A stretch of DNA of 50,108 bases, taken from Promethearchaeota archaeon. Lineage in GTDB: Archaea > Asgardarchaeota > Lokiarchaeia > Sigyniarchaeales > SOKP01. Under the pieces are notes generated by a model. The model ran no database searches. It was not told where the DNA came from and saw only the letters and a list, made by a program, of their open reading frames with translations. Positions 1-9,284 of the stretch are shown here, piece after piece. Positions within the stretch are counted from its first letter, which is position 1; every line of letters begins with the position of its first letter. The translations under genes and the position numbers were made by a program. Location: contig JAEOTA010000010.1 in assembly GCA_016840085.1 (NCBI GenBank), forward strand, positions 1 to 50,108. The letters run 5' to 3'.

Positions 1-953
1 AAGGGCCATAGACTTTTTAATCGTACAAGTCCCACCTTATATCCTTTTTGGCGTGCTTGCTCAACGACTTCTGGCACCCCTCTTGCATTAATTCCATAGG
101 CTAAGATAACAATATCAGCATCGTCTAAATGTTTTTCCTCCCAATCATTAATTTGAGGTCTTGCTCTCCTAATTTTTTCACAAAGCCGTGTAATGAGAAT
201 TTCTGCTGCTTCTGGTGTCGATTGTGGATTACCCTCTATATCATGAGTTAAACCTGAAACATAAAAAGAATAGTTCGTTCCTGCTATTGCCATTCCAGGC
301 ACAAGATCATCATCAAAAGCTTCAAAAGGTTTATATTTCTCAGGTGGAACTTGAGGTTTTTTACGCTCTATCAATTCAATATTTGAATGTATATTAACAA
401 TTTCCATCATTTGTCCTAAAATTCCGTCCGAAGCGACAATTACAGGTATACGATATTTCTCAGATAAATTAAATGCATGTATGGTTAAATCGTACATTTC
501 TTGAACTGTAGATGGGGCTAATACAATTATTTCATAATCTCCATGAGAAGCATATCTCGTTTGATATACATCAGATTGAGATGCATTTGTAGGTTGTCCT
601 GTACTAGGCCCTCCTCTCATTATTGTGACGATAACTGCTGGTGCTTCTAACATCATTCCCAAACCTATACTTTCAGCCATAAGTGAAAAACCTGGCCCTG
701 AAGTTGCAGTCATAGCTTTCTTTCCAGCATAAGAAGCTCCAAAACAACTGGTGATTGAAGCCAGCTCATCTTCCATTTGAACAAATGTTCCATTAACTTG
801 AGGAAGACGTCTTGACATGTAAGCAGCAATTTCTGAGGATGGTGTGATAGGATAACCCGCAAAATATAAACATCCTGCTGTAATCGCACCTTCTGCGCAT
901 GCAGAATTTCCCGTAGTTAGGATTCTTTTTTCTTGGAAGTTTGCATTACTCAT
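1..953 (-). CDS. korA: 2-oxoacid:ferredoxin oxidoreductase alpha subunit (3' end runs off the window start)
   Basis: Not in ORF track. Hand translation from ATG at 953 gives MSNANFQEKRILTTGNSACAEGAITAGCLYFAGYPITPSSEIA, and later QMEDELAS, ATSGPGFSLM and RGGPSTG, typical of OFOR alpha. Overlaps the stop of the upstream ferredoxin subunit. Confidence 0.9.
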   Translation of the reverse strand, partial: MSNANFQEKRILTTGNSACAEGAITAGCLYFAGYPITPSSEIAAYMSRRLPQVNGTFVQMEDELASITSCFGASYAGKKAMTATSGPGFSLMAESIGLGMMLEAPAVIVTIMRGGPSTGQPTNASQSDVYQTRYASHGDYEIIVLAPSTVQEMYDLTIHAFNLSEKYRIPVIVASDGILGQMMEIVNIHSNIELIERKKPQVPPEKYKPFEAFDDDLVPGMAIAGTNYSFYVSGLTHDIEGNPQSTPEAAEILITRLCEKIRRARPQINDWEEKHLDDADIVILAYGINARGVPEVVEQARQKGYKVGLVRLKSLWP

Positions 954-1233
954 TGTTTATAACCTCCTTAATATCTTTTTCTAAAATATATAATGAAACA
1001 GTAGGACATAACCGTTCACATTGTCCGCATCCTGCACACTCTTCAGGTTTAACCACGATCGCGTAGTGGAGCATGCGACTATTGAACTTATCTTCACTTA
1101 TTTCTATTATTTCTTTTGGACAGAATGACAAACATAATTCACAACCATCGCATTGTTCAGAATCTATTATTATTTCATATTTTTTCTCGGAGGGAGGAGG
1201 TGGCAAAATGGGTGTCCGTTTAGATTTTAACAT
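946..1233 (-). CDS. 2[4Fe-4S] ferredoxin, OFOR delta subunit
   Basis: Two CxxCxxCxxxCP motifs (CDGCELCLSFCP, CAGCGQCERLCP). Lies directly upstream of the OFOR alpha gene. Confidence 0.9.
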   Translation of the reverse strand: MLKSKRTPILPPPPSEKKYEIIIDSEQCDGCELCLSFCPKEIIEISEDKFNSRMLHYAIVVKPEECAGCGQCERLCPTVSLYILEKDIKEVINNE

Positions 1234-1426
1234 TTTTTAATCCTCTTGTATACATACACTTCTAACTATATTTTTTTCTCTTATGCTTTAGAATAGTAGG
1301 TTCTCTTTTAAATTTGTTTTTTCAAAGTATAAGCAACTCACTAAATCGCGATTTCTTCTTATGAAATTACCTTTTTGAGAAATTAAAAGTCTAATCTTAT
1401 AAGGTTTTATAGAAAACAAATACATT

Positions 1427-1993
1427 TTATTGAGATTTATTTATTATTTCCTGATAGAGCGCTTGACCAAGTTGATAACTGTGAATATTAAGGTCTCTAA
1501 ACCGTTTTGGCATACTATTTAAAACTTGGTCATAATATTCTTCTTTTAAATCAATTTTTCCACTCTCTTTAAGATATTGAGAAAGGAATCCTAAACAAAG
1601 AATATTCGCGCTCTTGGGCATTTTATTTTCATCGGCTCGTCTTGTAATTGGAACACGGTGGATTGTACCTTTCTGGATGATTTCTTCGGCGTTGGCAATT
1701 GTATGTTCATCGATAAAAGAGAGAGTATTTTCATATATACATTCAGAGGCGCGTTCGAATCCTTTTTGATCTATAGCAATAAAAATATTAGCATCTTTAT
1801 CGCAGAATGGATATGAAATAGGAGTAGAGCTCAGAATAACATCACAAAAAATAGGTCCCCCTCTAACGGAAGGTGTATAGTCTACTGTGAGTGTTGCATA
1901 ATAATCAGCAACCATTGCAACTCGAACTAATACACTTCCTAAGAATTTGATACCTTGTCCGCCGCGACCAGAAAATCGCAATTTTAATTTCAT
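1427..1993 (-). CDS. 2-oxoacid:ferredoxin oxidoreductase gamma subunit
   Basis: N-terminal RFSGRGGQG and YTPSVRGG motifs of the PorC/KorC family; clustered with alpha and delta. Confidence 0.88.
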   Translation of the reverse strand: MKLKLRFSGRGGQGIKFLGSVLVRVAMVADYYATLTVDYTPSVRGGPIFCDVILSSTPISYPFCDKDANIFIAIDQKGFERASECIYENTLSFIDEHTIANAEEIIQKGTIHRVPITRRADENKMPKSANILCLGFLSQYLKESGKIDLKEEYYDQVLNSMPKRFRDLNIHSYQLGQALYQEIINKSQ

Positions 1994-2172
1994 GAATATC
2001 TCTAATAATAGATGTAACTTGAAATTGTTTATAGTAAATAATTATAATTAATTTAACTAATTTTTTTACAAAATATGCATCATTGATATATAATTCTTCT
2101 GCAAGAAAAGGTCCATTCGCAAAACGTACACCTTCTCCCCTTTCTTGCATTCACTCTTTATTAAACTTAATA

Positions 2173-2265
2173 TTACTTTTTAGTTCCATATTCTCCCCAT
2201 TTGCCATCTCGATCAGAAAAAGCTTTCTTTAGACCTTCTTTATATATTTGTATAAAAAATTCGCT
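2173..2265 (-). pseudogene. Possible 3' remnant of an enoyl-CoA hydratase-like gene
   Basis: Frame ends EGLKKAFSDRDGKWGEYGTKK*, which resembles C-termini of some crotonase-family proteins from memory. The rest of the 63-aa ORF overlaps the mutase gene in another frame. Tentative. Confidence 0.25.
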
Positions 2266-2272
2266 TATTGTT

Positions 2273-3949
2273 TTAAAATATCTGAGGAGACTGATATTCT
2301 CCAAATACATCTCGTAGGACATCACAAATTTCTTGTACAGTAGCATAGGTTTTAACTGTCTCAATCATAATCGGCATAATATTTTCAGAAGAATTAGCAA
2401 CTTTTTTTAATTGATTTAATTTTTCTCTAACAAGGTTTTCATTTCGGTGTTCCTTTAAATTTTTTAGAGCTTCTTTGATTCTTTTCTCAGAGTCTTTATC
2501 ATGTTTGAATGTATCTATTTTACATTCCTCATCAATACAAAAAATATTTACTCCGATTACTTTATTAACACCCTCATCGATTCGGATTTGTTCCCTATAT
2601 GCGTTATTTATAATTTCCTGTTGAATATATGCTTTTTCAATGGCTATTGGCATACCCCCCATTTTGTCTATTTTTTCAATATATTCAATAGCTTTTTCCT
2701 CTAGTTTATTTGTTAAATATTCAATATAATAAGAACCCCCTAATGGATCAGCAACATCAGCTACTCCAGTCTCATAAGCAAGCACTTGTTGCGTTCTTAA
2801 TGATAATCTAGCTGAATCTTCAGTTGGTATTGCTAGTGCTTCATCTGCTCCACAGGTATGAAGAGATTGTGTACCACCCAGAATTGCCGCTAAAGCCTGG
2901 ATTGCAACTCTAATAATATTAACTTGAGGTTGTTGGACTGTGAGTGTACCTCCTGCGGTGTGTGTGTGGAATCTTAATCTAAGGGAATTAGGATTCTTAG
3001 CGTTAAACCGGTTTTTCATAATTGTGGCCCATAATCTCCTTGCAACTCTTAATTTCGCAATTTCTTCAAAAAAATTGTTATGTGTAGTAAAAAAGAATGA
3101 TAATCTTGGAGCAAAATCATCAATATCTATCCCTCTTTTAAGGACTTCTTCAACGTAAGAAATACCATCAGCTAGAGTAAACGCAATCTCTTGGACAGCA
3201 TTACCTCCTGCGGCACGCATATGGTAACCACATATGCTAATCGTATTAAATAGTGGTAAATAATTAGAGCAATATTCAATTATATCTGCCACCAATCTTA
3301 AGGATGGTTTTGGAGGGAATATATATGCACCTCTTGCCACAAATTCTTTCAAAATATCATTTTGAACTGTACCCATTAACTTTTCTGACTCAACACCATG
3401 CTTTTCTCCAACTGCGATATACATTGCTAAAAGAATTGCTGTTGGAGCATTTATAGTCATGCTGGTTGAGACTTTATCTAAAGGTATCCCTTCAAATACT
3501 TTTTCGAAATCCTTCAAAGAATTTACGGTGACACCAATTCTCCCTACTTCGCCTAAACATATTTTATTATCAGAATCATATCCCATCTGAGTAGGCAGGT
3601 CAAATGCTATAGAAAGTCCTTTTTGACCTTGAGATATTAAATATTTAAATCTCTCATTTGTCTTATCGGCATCAGCAAAACCGCCATATTGCCTCATGGT
3701 CCAAATTCTACCACGATACATATTTGGATATACTCCTCTAGTAAAGGGTGGAGTTCCCGGAAACCCTAAATCTTCAACGAAGTCTAGATTTTCGATATCT
3801 TCTGGACCGTAAACATGTTTTAAAGGAATTCCTGAAGGAGTTTCAAATTTTTCCTTAATTTCCCCTCTTTCAGTAAATTTCGATAAAATATTTTCTTCCC
3901 ATTCCAATCTTTTATCTACTATTTTTTTGAGTATTTCATTAGGAATCAT
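2273..3949 (-). CDS. mcmA1: Methylmalonyl-CoA mutase, large (substrate-binding) subunit
   Basis: PFTRGVYPNMYRGRIWTMRQYGGF, GLSIAFDLPTQMGYDSD, QNDILKEF, LGGTQSLHT and DPLGGSYY. No fused B12-binding domain. Confidence 0.93.
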   Translation of the reverse strand: MIPNEILKKIVDKRLEWEENILSKFTERGEIKEKFETPSGIPLKHVYGPEDIENLDFVEDLGFPGTPPFTRGVYPNMYRGRIWTMRQYGGFADADKTNERFKYLISQGQKGLSIAFDLPTQMGYDSDNKICLGEVGRIGVTVNSLKDFEKVFEGIPLDKVSTSMTINAPTAILLAMYIAVGEKHGVESEKLMGTVQNDILKEFVARGAYIFPPKPSLRLVADIIEYCSNYLPLFNTISICGYHMRAAGGNAVQEIAFTLADGISYVEEVLKRGIDIDDFAPRLSFFFTTHNNFFEEIAKLRVARRLWATIMKNRFNAKNPNSLRLRFHTHTAGGTLTVQQPQVNIIRVAIQALAAILGGTQSLHTCGADEALAIPTEDSARLSLRTQQVLAYETGVADVADPLGGSYYIEYLTNKLEEKAIEYIEKIDKMGGMPIAIEKAYIQQEIINNAYREQIRIDEGVNKVIGVNIFCIDEECKIDTFKHDKDSEKRIKEALKNLKEHRNENLVREKLNQLKKVANSSENIMPIMIETVKTYATVQEICDVLRDVFGEYQSPQIF

Positions 3950-4571
3950 TATATCAATTCTCTCATTATTTCTTTTATATAGTAAATTTAAATTTAAGAG
4001 TATTTTTTTCTTTGTCGTCTAAATAATTAAATATCTTTTGATAAATATTTTTTTTAAATTTTCATATTGAATAAAGAATTCTCCAATAATTTAAATACCT
4101 AATTTGAATATTTCCGTTTTGAAGAAAAATATAACTATAGAAGAATCAATAATAACAATAGTTATCTAATAATTCATAGTGTACGGATATAAACTCTTAA
4201 ATATACCATCAAAAAATATATTTTTGGCTGTTAATACACAATTTTCAATAAATAATGCAATGAAAACTTTTATTCATTGTTAATTTGGCTCAAAAATATA
4301 AGCACTTACTTTTTTACTTTCTAAATCATTAAAAATTTACTATTATTGAAGTTTTACTCCCAAAATTTAAGAAAAAAATTATAGAAATTATTCAAAAATA
4401 TCTTTTTCATGTCGACATTTAATGAGAAATTAGAAATCATTACATTTTTCATTAACAAAAGTTTTTAAAAAGAAAAAATTTAAGAGCATCTTATTTTATA
4501 TAAAATTCTGAAGAGTTTATTTCACATACAAATTTTAATTATTCAAATTAAATACTTCTATTTAATGAAAC

Positions 4572-6464
4572 ATGATATTTAAAGAGAAATTTAGTTTAAT
4601 TACGTCAAAAATAGATTATAGATCTATTTTTAAGTTAATTCCTACTCCCATTTATCTTTGGCAGAAAGTAGATGATGAGTTAGTTTTAATTAATTTTAAT
4701 AATGCTGCTAAAGAAATCACTGACGGTAAAATTAAAAGCTTTTTAGGGATCAAAGCTTCAGAATTACATAAAGAACAACCACAAATTTTAGAGGAACTCT
4801 ACCAATGTATGAATGAACATAAATATATCTCAAGAGAAATGTTATATCATTATCAATCTACAAACCAGGATAAAGTTCTCTTTGTAATTTATGATTTTAT
4901 CCCACCAAATTTAGTACTAGTTCATACAAAAGATATTACAGAACAAAAAACAATAGAAGAAAAATTACGGGAAAATGAAATACGTTATCGTACCATTGTA
5001 GAAAACTCTCATGATGGAATTCTTATTGTAGATGATAATTATAAATTCACCTATATAAATAATACACTGTGTAAAATTTTAGGATACTCTTATGATGAGA
5101 TAGTTGGTCAAGATTTTCGAAATTTTCTAGACGAAAAAAGTAGAAAACTTGTAGGGGATCGTTATGTTCGTAGACAAAGAGGGGAAAAGGTACCCCCGAG
5201 ATATGAATTTAACGTAATAAGAAGTAATGGCGAAAAAAGGCGCGTAGAAATAATTTCTACTGTAAATACAGAGTTAAGTGGGGGAATTAAGACCATTGCT
5301 CAAATCTTAGATATTACAGAGCGTAAAAAAATAGAAAAAAAATTAAAAAATTCAGAAAAAAAATTTCGGAGGATATTTGAAGATTCACCTTTTTCTATAG
5401 TCTTATTCGATTTAAATGGAACAATTGTTGATTGCAATCCAGCAACAGAAAAATACAGTGGACATAAAAAGGATGAATTATTAGGTAAAAATTTCAGAGA
5501 TCTTTCATTTATTCATCCAGACTATTCACCATTACTTATAAATCTCTTTAATCGATTTTTGAAAGGAGAAAAAACTTATAATATAGATCTTCAAATGTAT
5601 AAAAAAAATGGAGATTTGGTTTGGATAGATTTACAAGCTTCTCGAATTAAATTAAATGGAAAAATTTTTTTCCAAACTATGATACATGATATTACTAAAC
5701 GAAAAAAAGCAGATCTTCTTGTAAGAGAGCAAATTAGAAGACTAAAAGAAATAACTCAAATTCAAAAAGAATTTATTACTAGAGCTTCTCACGAATTAAA
5801 AACTCCTTTAATGTCAATAAGTGGAGCGAGTGAATTTCTAATTGATGTTTATAATGATAAAATAGATAAGAATGCTTTAGAAATGCTTGAAATAATAGAT
5901 AGAAATAAAAAGCGATTAGAATACCTCATTAATAACTTACTTGATATTACTCGTATGGATAATAATAAACTCAAATTAAATAGACAATCATATAACATAT
6001 GTGAAATAATCAGAGACATTTCGAATGAGATGATGTATCTTTTTAAGAAACGTAAAATCAATTTAGAATTAGAACTTCCTCTGAGTATAATGGTACAGGT
6101 AGATAAAATACGATTTGAACAAGTAGTTACAAATTTACTTTCAAATGCTATTAAAAACACACCTCCTAATAATCAGATTAACATTTTAGTCAGACATAAA
6201 GGAAAAAGCGTTGAGATGTCTATTAATGACACAGGAATAGGCTTAACTAACGAAGAAATTAATAAAATCTTTACCAAATTTGGTAAAATAGAAAGATTCG
6301 ATAAAGATTTAGAATTTCTTGATATCCAAGGTTCTGGTCTTGGATTATATATCTCAAAAGAAATTATCGAATTACATGGGGGTCATATTAGTGCAGAATC
6401 CGCTGGAAGAAATATGGGCGCAAAATTTACAGTTGAATTACCAATAAATAAACCTATCTCTTAA
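4572..6464 (+). CDS. Multi-PAS sensor histidine kinase
   Basis: Three PAS/PAC-like repeats ending in DITE/DITK; H-box SHELKTPL, N-box NLLSNAIK, G1 DTGIG, G2 GSGLGL. Confidence 0.93.
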   Translation: MIFKEKFSLITSKIDYRSIFKLIPTPIYLWQKVDDELVLINFNNAAKEITDGKIKSFLGIKASELHKEQPQILEELYQCMNEHKYISREMLYHYQSTNQDKVLFVIYDFIPPNLVLVHTKDITEQKTIEEKLRENEIRYRTIVENSHDGILIVDDNYKFTYINNTLCKILGYSYDEIVGQDFRNFLDEKSRKLVGDRYVRRQRGEKVPPRYEFNVIRSNGEKRRVEIISTVNTELSGGIKTIAQILDITERKKIEKKLKNSEKKFRRIFEDSPFSIVLFDLNGTIVDCNPATEKYSGHKKDELLGKNFRDLSFIHPDYSPLLINLFNRFLKGEKTYNIDLQMYKKNGDLVWIDLQASRIKLNGKIFFQTMIHDITKRKKADLLVREQIRRLKEITQIQKEFITRASHELKTPLMSISGASEFLIDVYNDKIDKNALEMLEIIDRNKKRLEYLINNLLDITRMDNNKLKLNRQSYNICEIIRDISNEMMYLFKKRKINLELELPLSIMVQVDKIRFEQVVTNLLSNAIKNTPPNNQINILVRHKGKSVEMSINDTGIGLTNEEINKIFTKFGKIERFDKDLEFLDIQGSGLGLYISKEIIELHGGHISAESAGRNMGAKFTVELPINKPIS

Positions 6465-6567
6465 AAAATTTAAAACCACTTCTGTTGATAAAAATTTTAG
6501 ATTCCAAGAGGGATTAAGAGATTAAATATACTTTTAAGAGATAACGGGATTTAATCTCTAAAAATCA

Positions 6568-6930
6568 TTAAAATGGTTCAAAAACATATGTATAAACTTT
6601 TTTTCCATCCAAATTATCACAGATTTTAGTATAGATAGGTTTTAATTTCATTCCTGTTTTTAAATTTTCTTTTGTTATTATTTGTCCAAGTGCTTTAATT
6701 CCATTTTTAAACTCTACAACTCCAAGAGCATAAGAATTTTGATCACGAAATTCAGCAGGAGGTGCTTTTAAAATAGTATAAGTTAATAATTTGCAAGTTT
6801 CTGAGGCTTCGATTAAAGAGAATTCAGTGTGTTTACAATTTAAACATCTTAAATGTGATTTATGTTGTAAAAATCCGCAATTATTGCATTTATTCCACTC
6901 AATTTTTTCTTCGCTATTCATTAAGATCAT
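6568..6930 (-). CDS. DUF35-type zinc-ribbon/OB-fold protein
   Basis: CNNC...CLNC zinc ribbon followed by OB-fold pattern LLTYTIL..PP....YALGVVEF..G. Confidence 0.85.
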   Translation of the reverse strand: MILMNSEEKIEWNKCNNCGFLQHKSHLRCLNCKHTEFSLIEASETCKLLTYTILKAPPAEFRDQNSYALGVVEFKNGIKALGQIITKENLKTGMKLKPIYTKICDNLDGKKVYTYVFEPF

Positions 6931-7008
6931 ATACTCTTATCTTAAACTCATTTATAGAAGAAATTGTAGATATAAAAAAAATTTTCGTTCCACTTAGTTT
7001 TACAATTA

Positions 7009-9144
7009 CTAATCTATTTGATTTGAAAAAATATCCAAGTCTAGACTTTTTTTTATAAAAATTTCCACTATTAGCGATTTAAGTGAAGGGATATCTTTTA
7101 ATTCAACATTTCGGCTTGACTTATAGAATTTATTTAATGTCTCCCATATAGAGGTAGTATTTTGTATATGTTCTTTAAATGCAATTAATTTTCGACTTGC
7201 TAGATATGTTTGCCCTTTGAATAAATAACATATTGAAAACGTCTCAACTGATTGCATGAGTATAGTATATTCGCCAAATTTAGCCCTATCAAGTCCCTTA
7301 GAAAAGAGTTCCCCACTAAAAGAATTAAAAGCACTTAAAAATCCACTTATAAGATCATCTTCAAAAGCCCATTTTTCTGCAAATTGGTTAGAAAATAAAG
7401 GAAAACCACCCTCTCCTATAATTAAAAGTAGCACAGGAACTTCAGGGGTTAATTTAGGGAGTTCAACTGCCTGTTTTCCTTGCATACGATCTATAACCCC
7501 ATCAAAGGAGGCTAATTTTATGCGTTCAGACATAGGGGCATTTATTTTTTTAAGATTATCCCAATCATTTAATTGTTCCAATAAATTATCATGTTCACTA
7601 GAAATCTTTATAGCTAACAATTTAAGACCATGTAGCTCAGCAATACGTTGAGCGTGTGTTAATAATTGTTTAGCTTCTACAATATCCATTTGGATTAATG
7701 CCAGCTTTGCTTGTAACAATTTTGTCTCAGTTAACCATAAATAAGCATGTTGATTCTCCGCTATCGTAGACATTCTATTAATTAGTGGATTAATTTCATC
7801 CAACACTTCTGGATTATTAGTCATGAATAATTCATCTAAAAAAAGATCACATAAATTAACTATGGCCTGGAGATATAATCGAGGAGTAATAGGTTCACTA
7901 TCAACTATTTGTTTAAGTAATAGTTCGGCTTCGGAATGATTTCGAATTCGACCTTTTATTTTCAACATTAATGCTTTCGCTATCTTGTAAGCTTGGGTGG
8001 GGGCTTTGCTTTCCATTTGTTGAGAAACTTGCTCTAATTGCGTTAAGTATATTTGAGCTTGCTCAAGAGAATTTTTATCTAGATTTGTTAGAACTAAATA
8101 AAAAAGTGAGGAGTATATACCATGCGGTAAATTGAGTTTTTCTGAAAGTGTCAAACTACGCTTAAGATAATCTATAGCTTTGTAAAAATCTCCTTTCATT
8201 CTATAAGTAGACCCTATTCCCATTAAATTATATGTAACTCCTTCGATGTAGTCCTCATTCTCTGCAAGCGAGACCGAACGTGTATAATATCTTAGAGTCC
8301 TATCTAACTCGCCTTTCTCTTTGTAAATAGCGCCTAAAGTATGCAATGAACCAGTTTTAGCAGTGATGCTCATTTCGTTAATTGTTAAACTCTGTTTGCA
8401 ATAATTCAAAGCCTGATCGAAGTCACCCTTTATATAATAGCAAAGCCCAACTAATGCAAGGTTTGATGCTATACCAATCTGATTTTCTAATTCTTTTTGA
8501 ATTGCTAAACTCTTTAAAGCGTAATCTAAAGCTTTGTTAGGCTCACTTTTATACAAATATATATCTCCGAGTAGCCAATAAATAAGTGAAATATCGATTT
8601 TTTCCGCTACCTTTTCTCTTGTTTCAACCCAATGTAATGCTAGCTCTAATGCCTTATTAAGATCATCATTTAAACGATAAATTCTGGATTTTATTATTAA
8701 AAAATCCGATTGTTGTCTAGAAAGATTTAAGTATGTTTCACCAGAAACTGAATTAAGTAATTTTTCAGCCTTTAGTATTAGATCAAGTGCTTTATCTTGC
8801 TCACCTAGAAATGCAATATAAGATTTAATAAGGAGACCATCGATAGTACTAGTTATATCTCCCATTCTTTGACTCAGATCATAAGCGAGTTCCCCAAATT
8901 CTACAGCTTTCTTATATTGTTCCTTATAATTATATATTCTTCCTTTCAAGATTAGTGTTGATAATTCATCTTTGGGAGTGTTTGTTTCTTCTCTCTCAAA
9001 ACTCGTTAATATTTCAAGCGCTTTCTCAAACTTAGCTTTATACATCAGTTGTTCTACATTTATTAGTTCATCGGATTTAGATTCGAACAAATTTACTTGT
9101 CTCCCATTATGAGAAAAAAATCTCGGAATAGAATTATCTTTCAA
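7009..9144 (-). CDS. TPR-repeat protein with C-terminal longin-like domain
   Basis: Multiple TPR units (LGDIYLYKSEPNKALDY, LGAIYKEKGELDRTLRYY, IGSTYRMKGDFYKAIDY). C-terminal LLLIIGEGGFPLFS...LISGFLSAFNSFSGELF matches the longin-like pattern common in Asgard proteins. Confidence 0.75.
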   Translation of the reverse strand: MKDNSIPRFFSHNGRQVNLFESKSDELINVEQLMYKAKFEKALEILTSFEREETNTPKDELSTLILKGRIYNYKEQYKKAVEFGELAYDLSQRMGDITSTIDGLLIKSYIAFLGEQDKALDLILKAEKLLNSVSGETYLNLSRQQSDFLIIKSRIYRLNDDLNKALELALHWVETREKVAEKIDISLIYWLLGDIYLYKSEPNKALDYALKSLAIQKELENQIGIASNLALVGLCYYIKGDFDQALNYCKQSLTINEMSITAKTGSLHTLGAIYKEKGELDRTLRYYTRSVSLAENEDYIEGVTYNLMGIGSTYRMKGDFYKAIDYLKRSLTLSEKLNLPHGIYSSLFYLVLTNLDKNSLEQAQIYLTQLEQVSQQMESKAPTQAYKIAKALMLKIKGRIRNHSEAELLLKQIVDSEPITPRLYLQAIVNLCDLFLDELFMTNNPEVLDEINPLINRMSTIAENQHAYLWLTETKLLQAKLALIQMDIVEAKQLLTHAQRIAELHGLKLLAIKISSEHDNLLEQLNDWDNLKKINAPMSERIKLASFDGVIDRMQGKQAVELPKLTPEVPVLLLIIGEGGFPLFSNQFAEKWAFEDDLISGFLSAFNSFSGELFSKGLDRAKFGEYTILMQSVETFSICYLFKGQTYLASRKLIAFKEHIQNTTSIWETLNKFYKSSRNVELKDIPSLKSLIVEIFIKKSLDLDIFSNQID

Positions 9145-9284
9145 TAGGGAATTTAAAAATACAAATTTAGAAGAAGAATAAATTACTTAAAAGACTTTGT
9201 AATAGTCTTGTTTAAAATTAGAATTATCTCAAAACTTTTTTCTTGTTAAAAGTTATTATTCGCTTTTTAATTCTTATGAATAAA

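Noticed and set aside
1905-2150. 81-aa minus-strand ORF overlapping the OFOR gamma start
   Set aside because: Overlaps a real gene in another frame, crosses AT-rich promoter-like DNA and has no recognisable motif.
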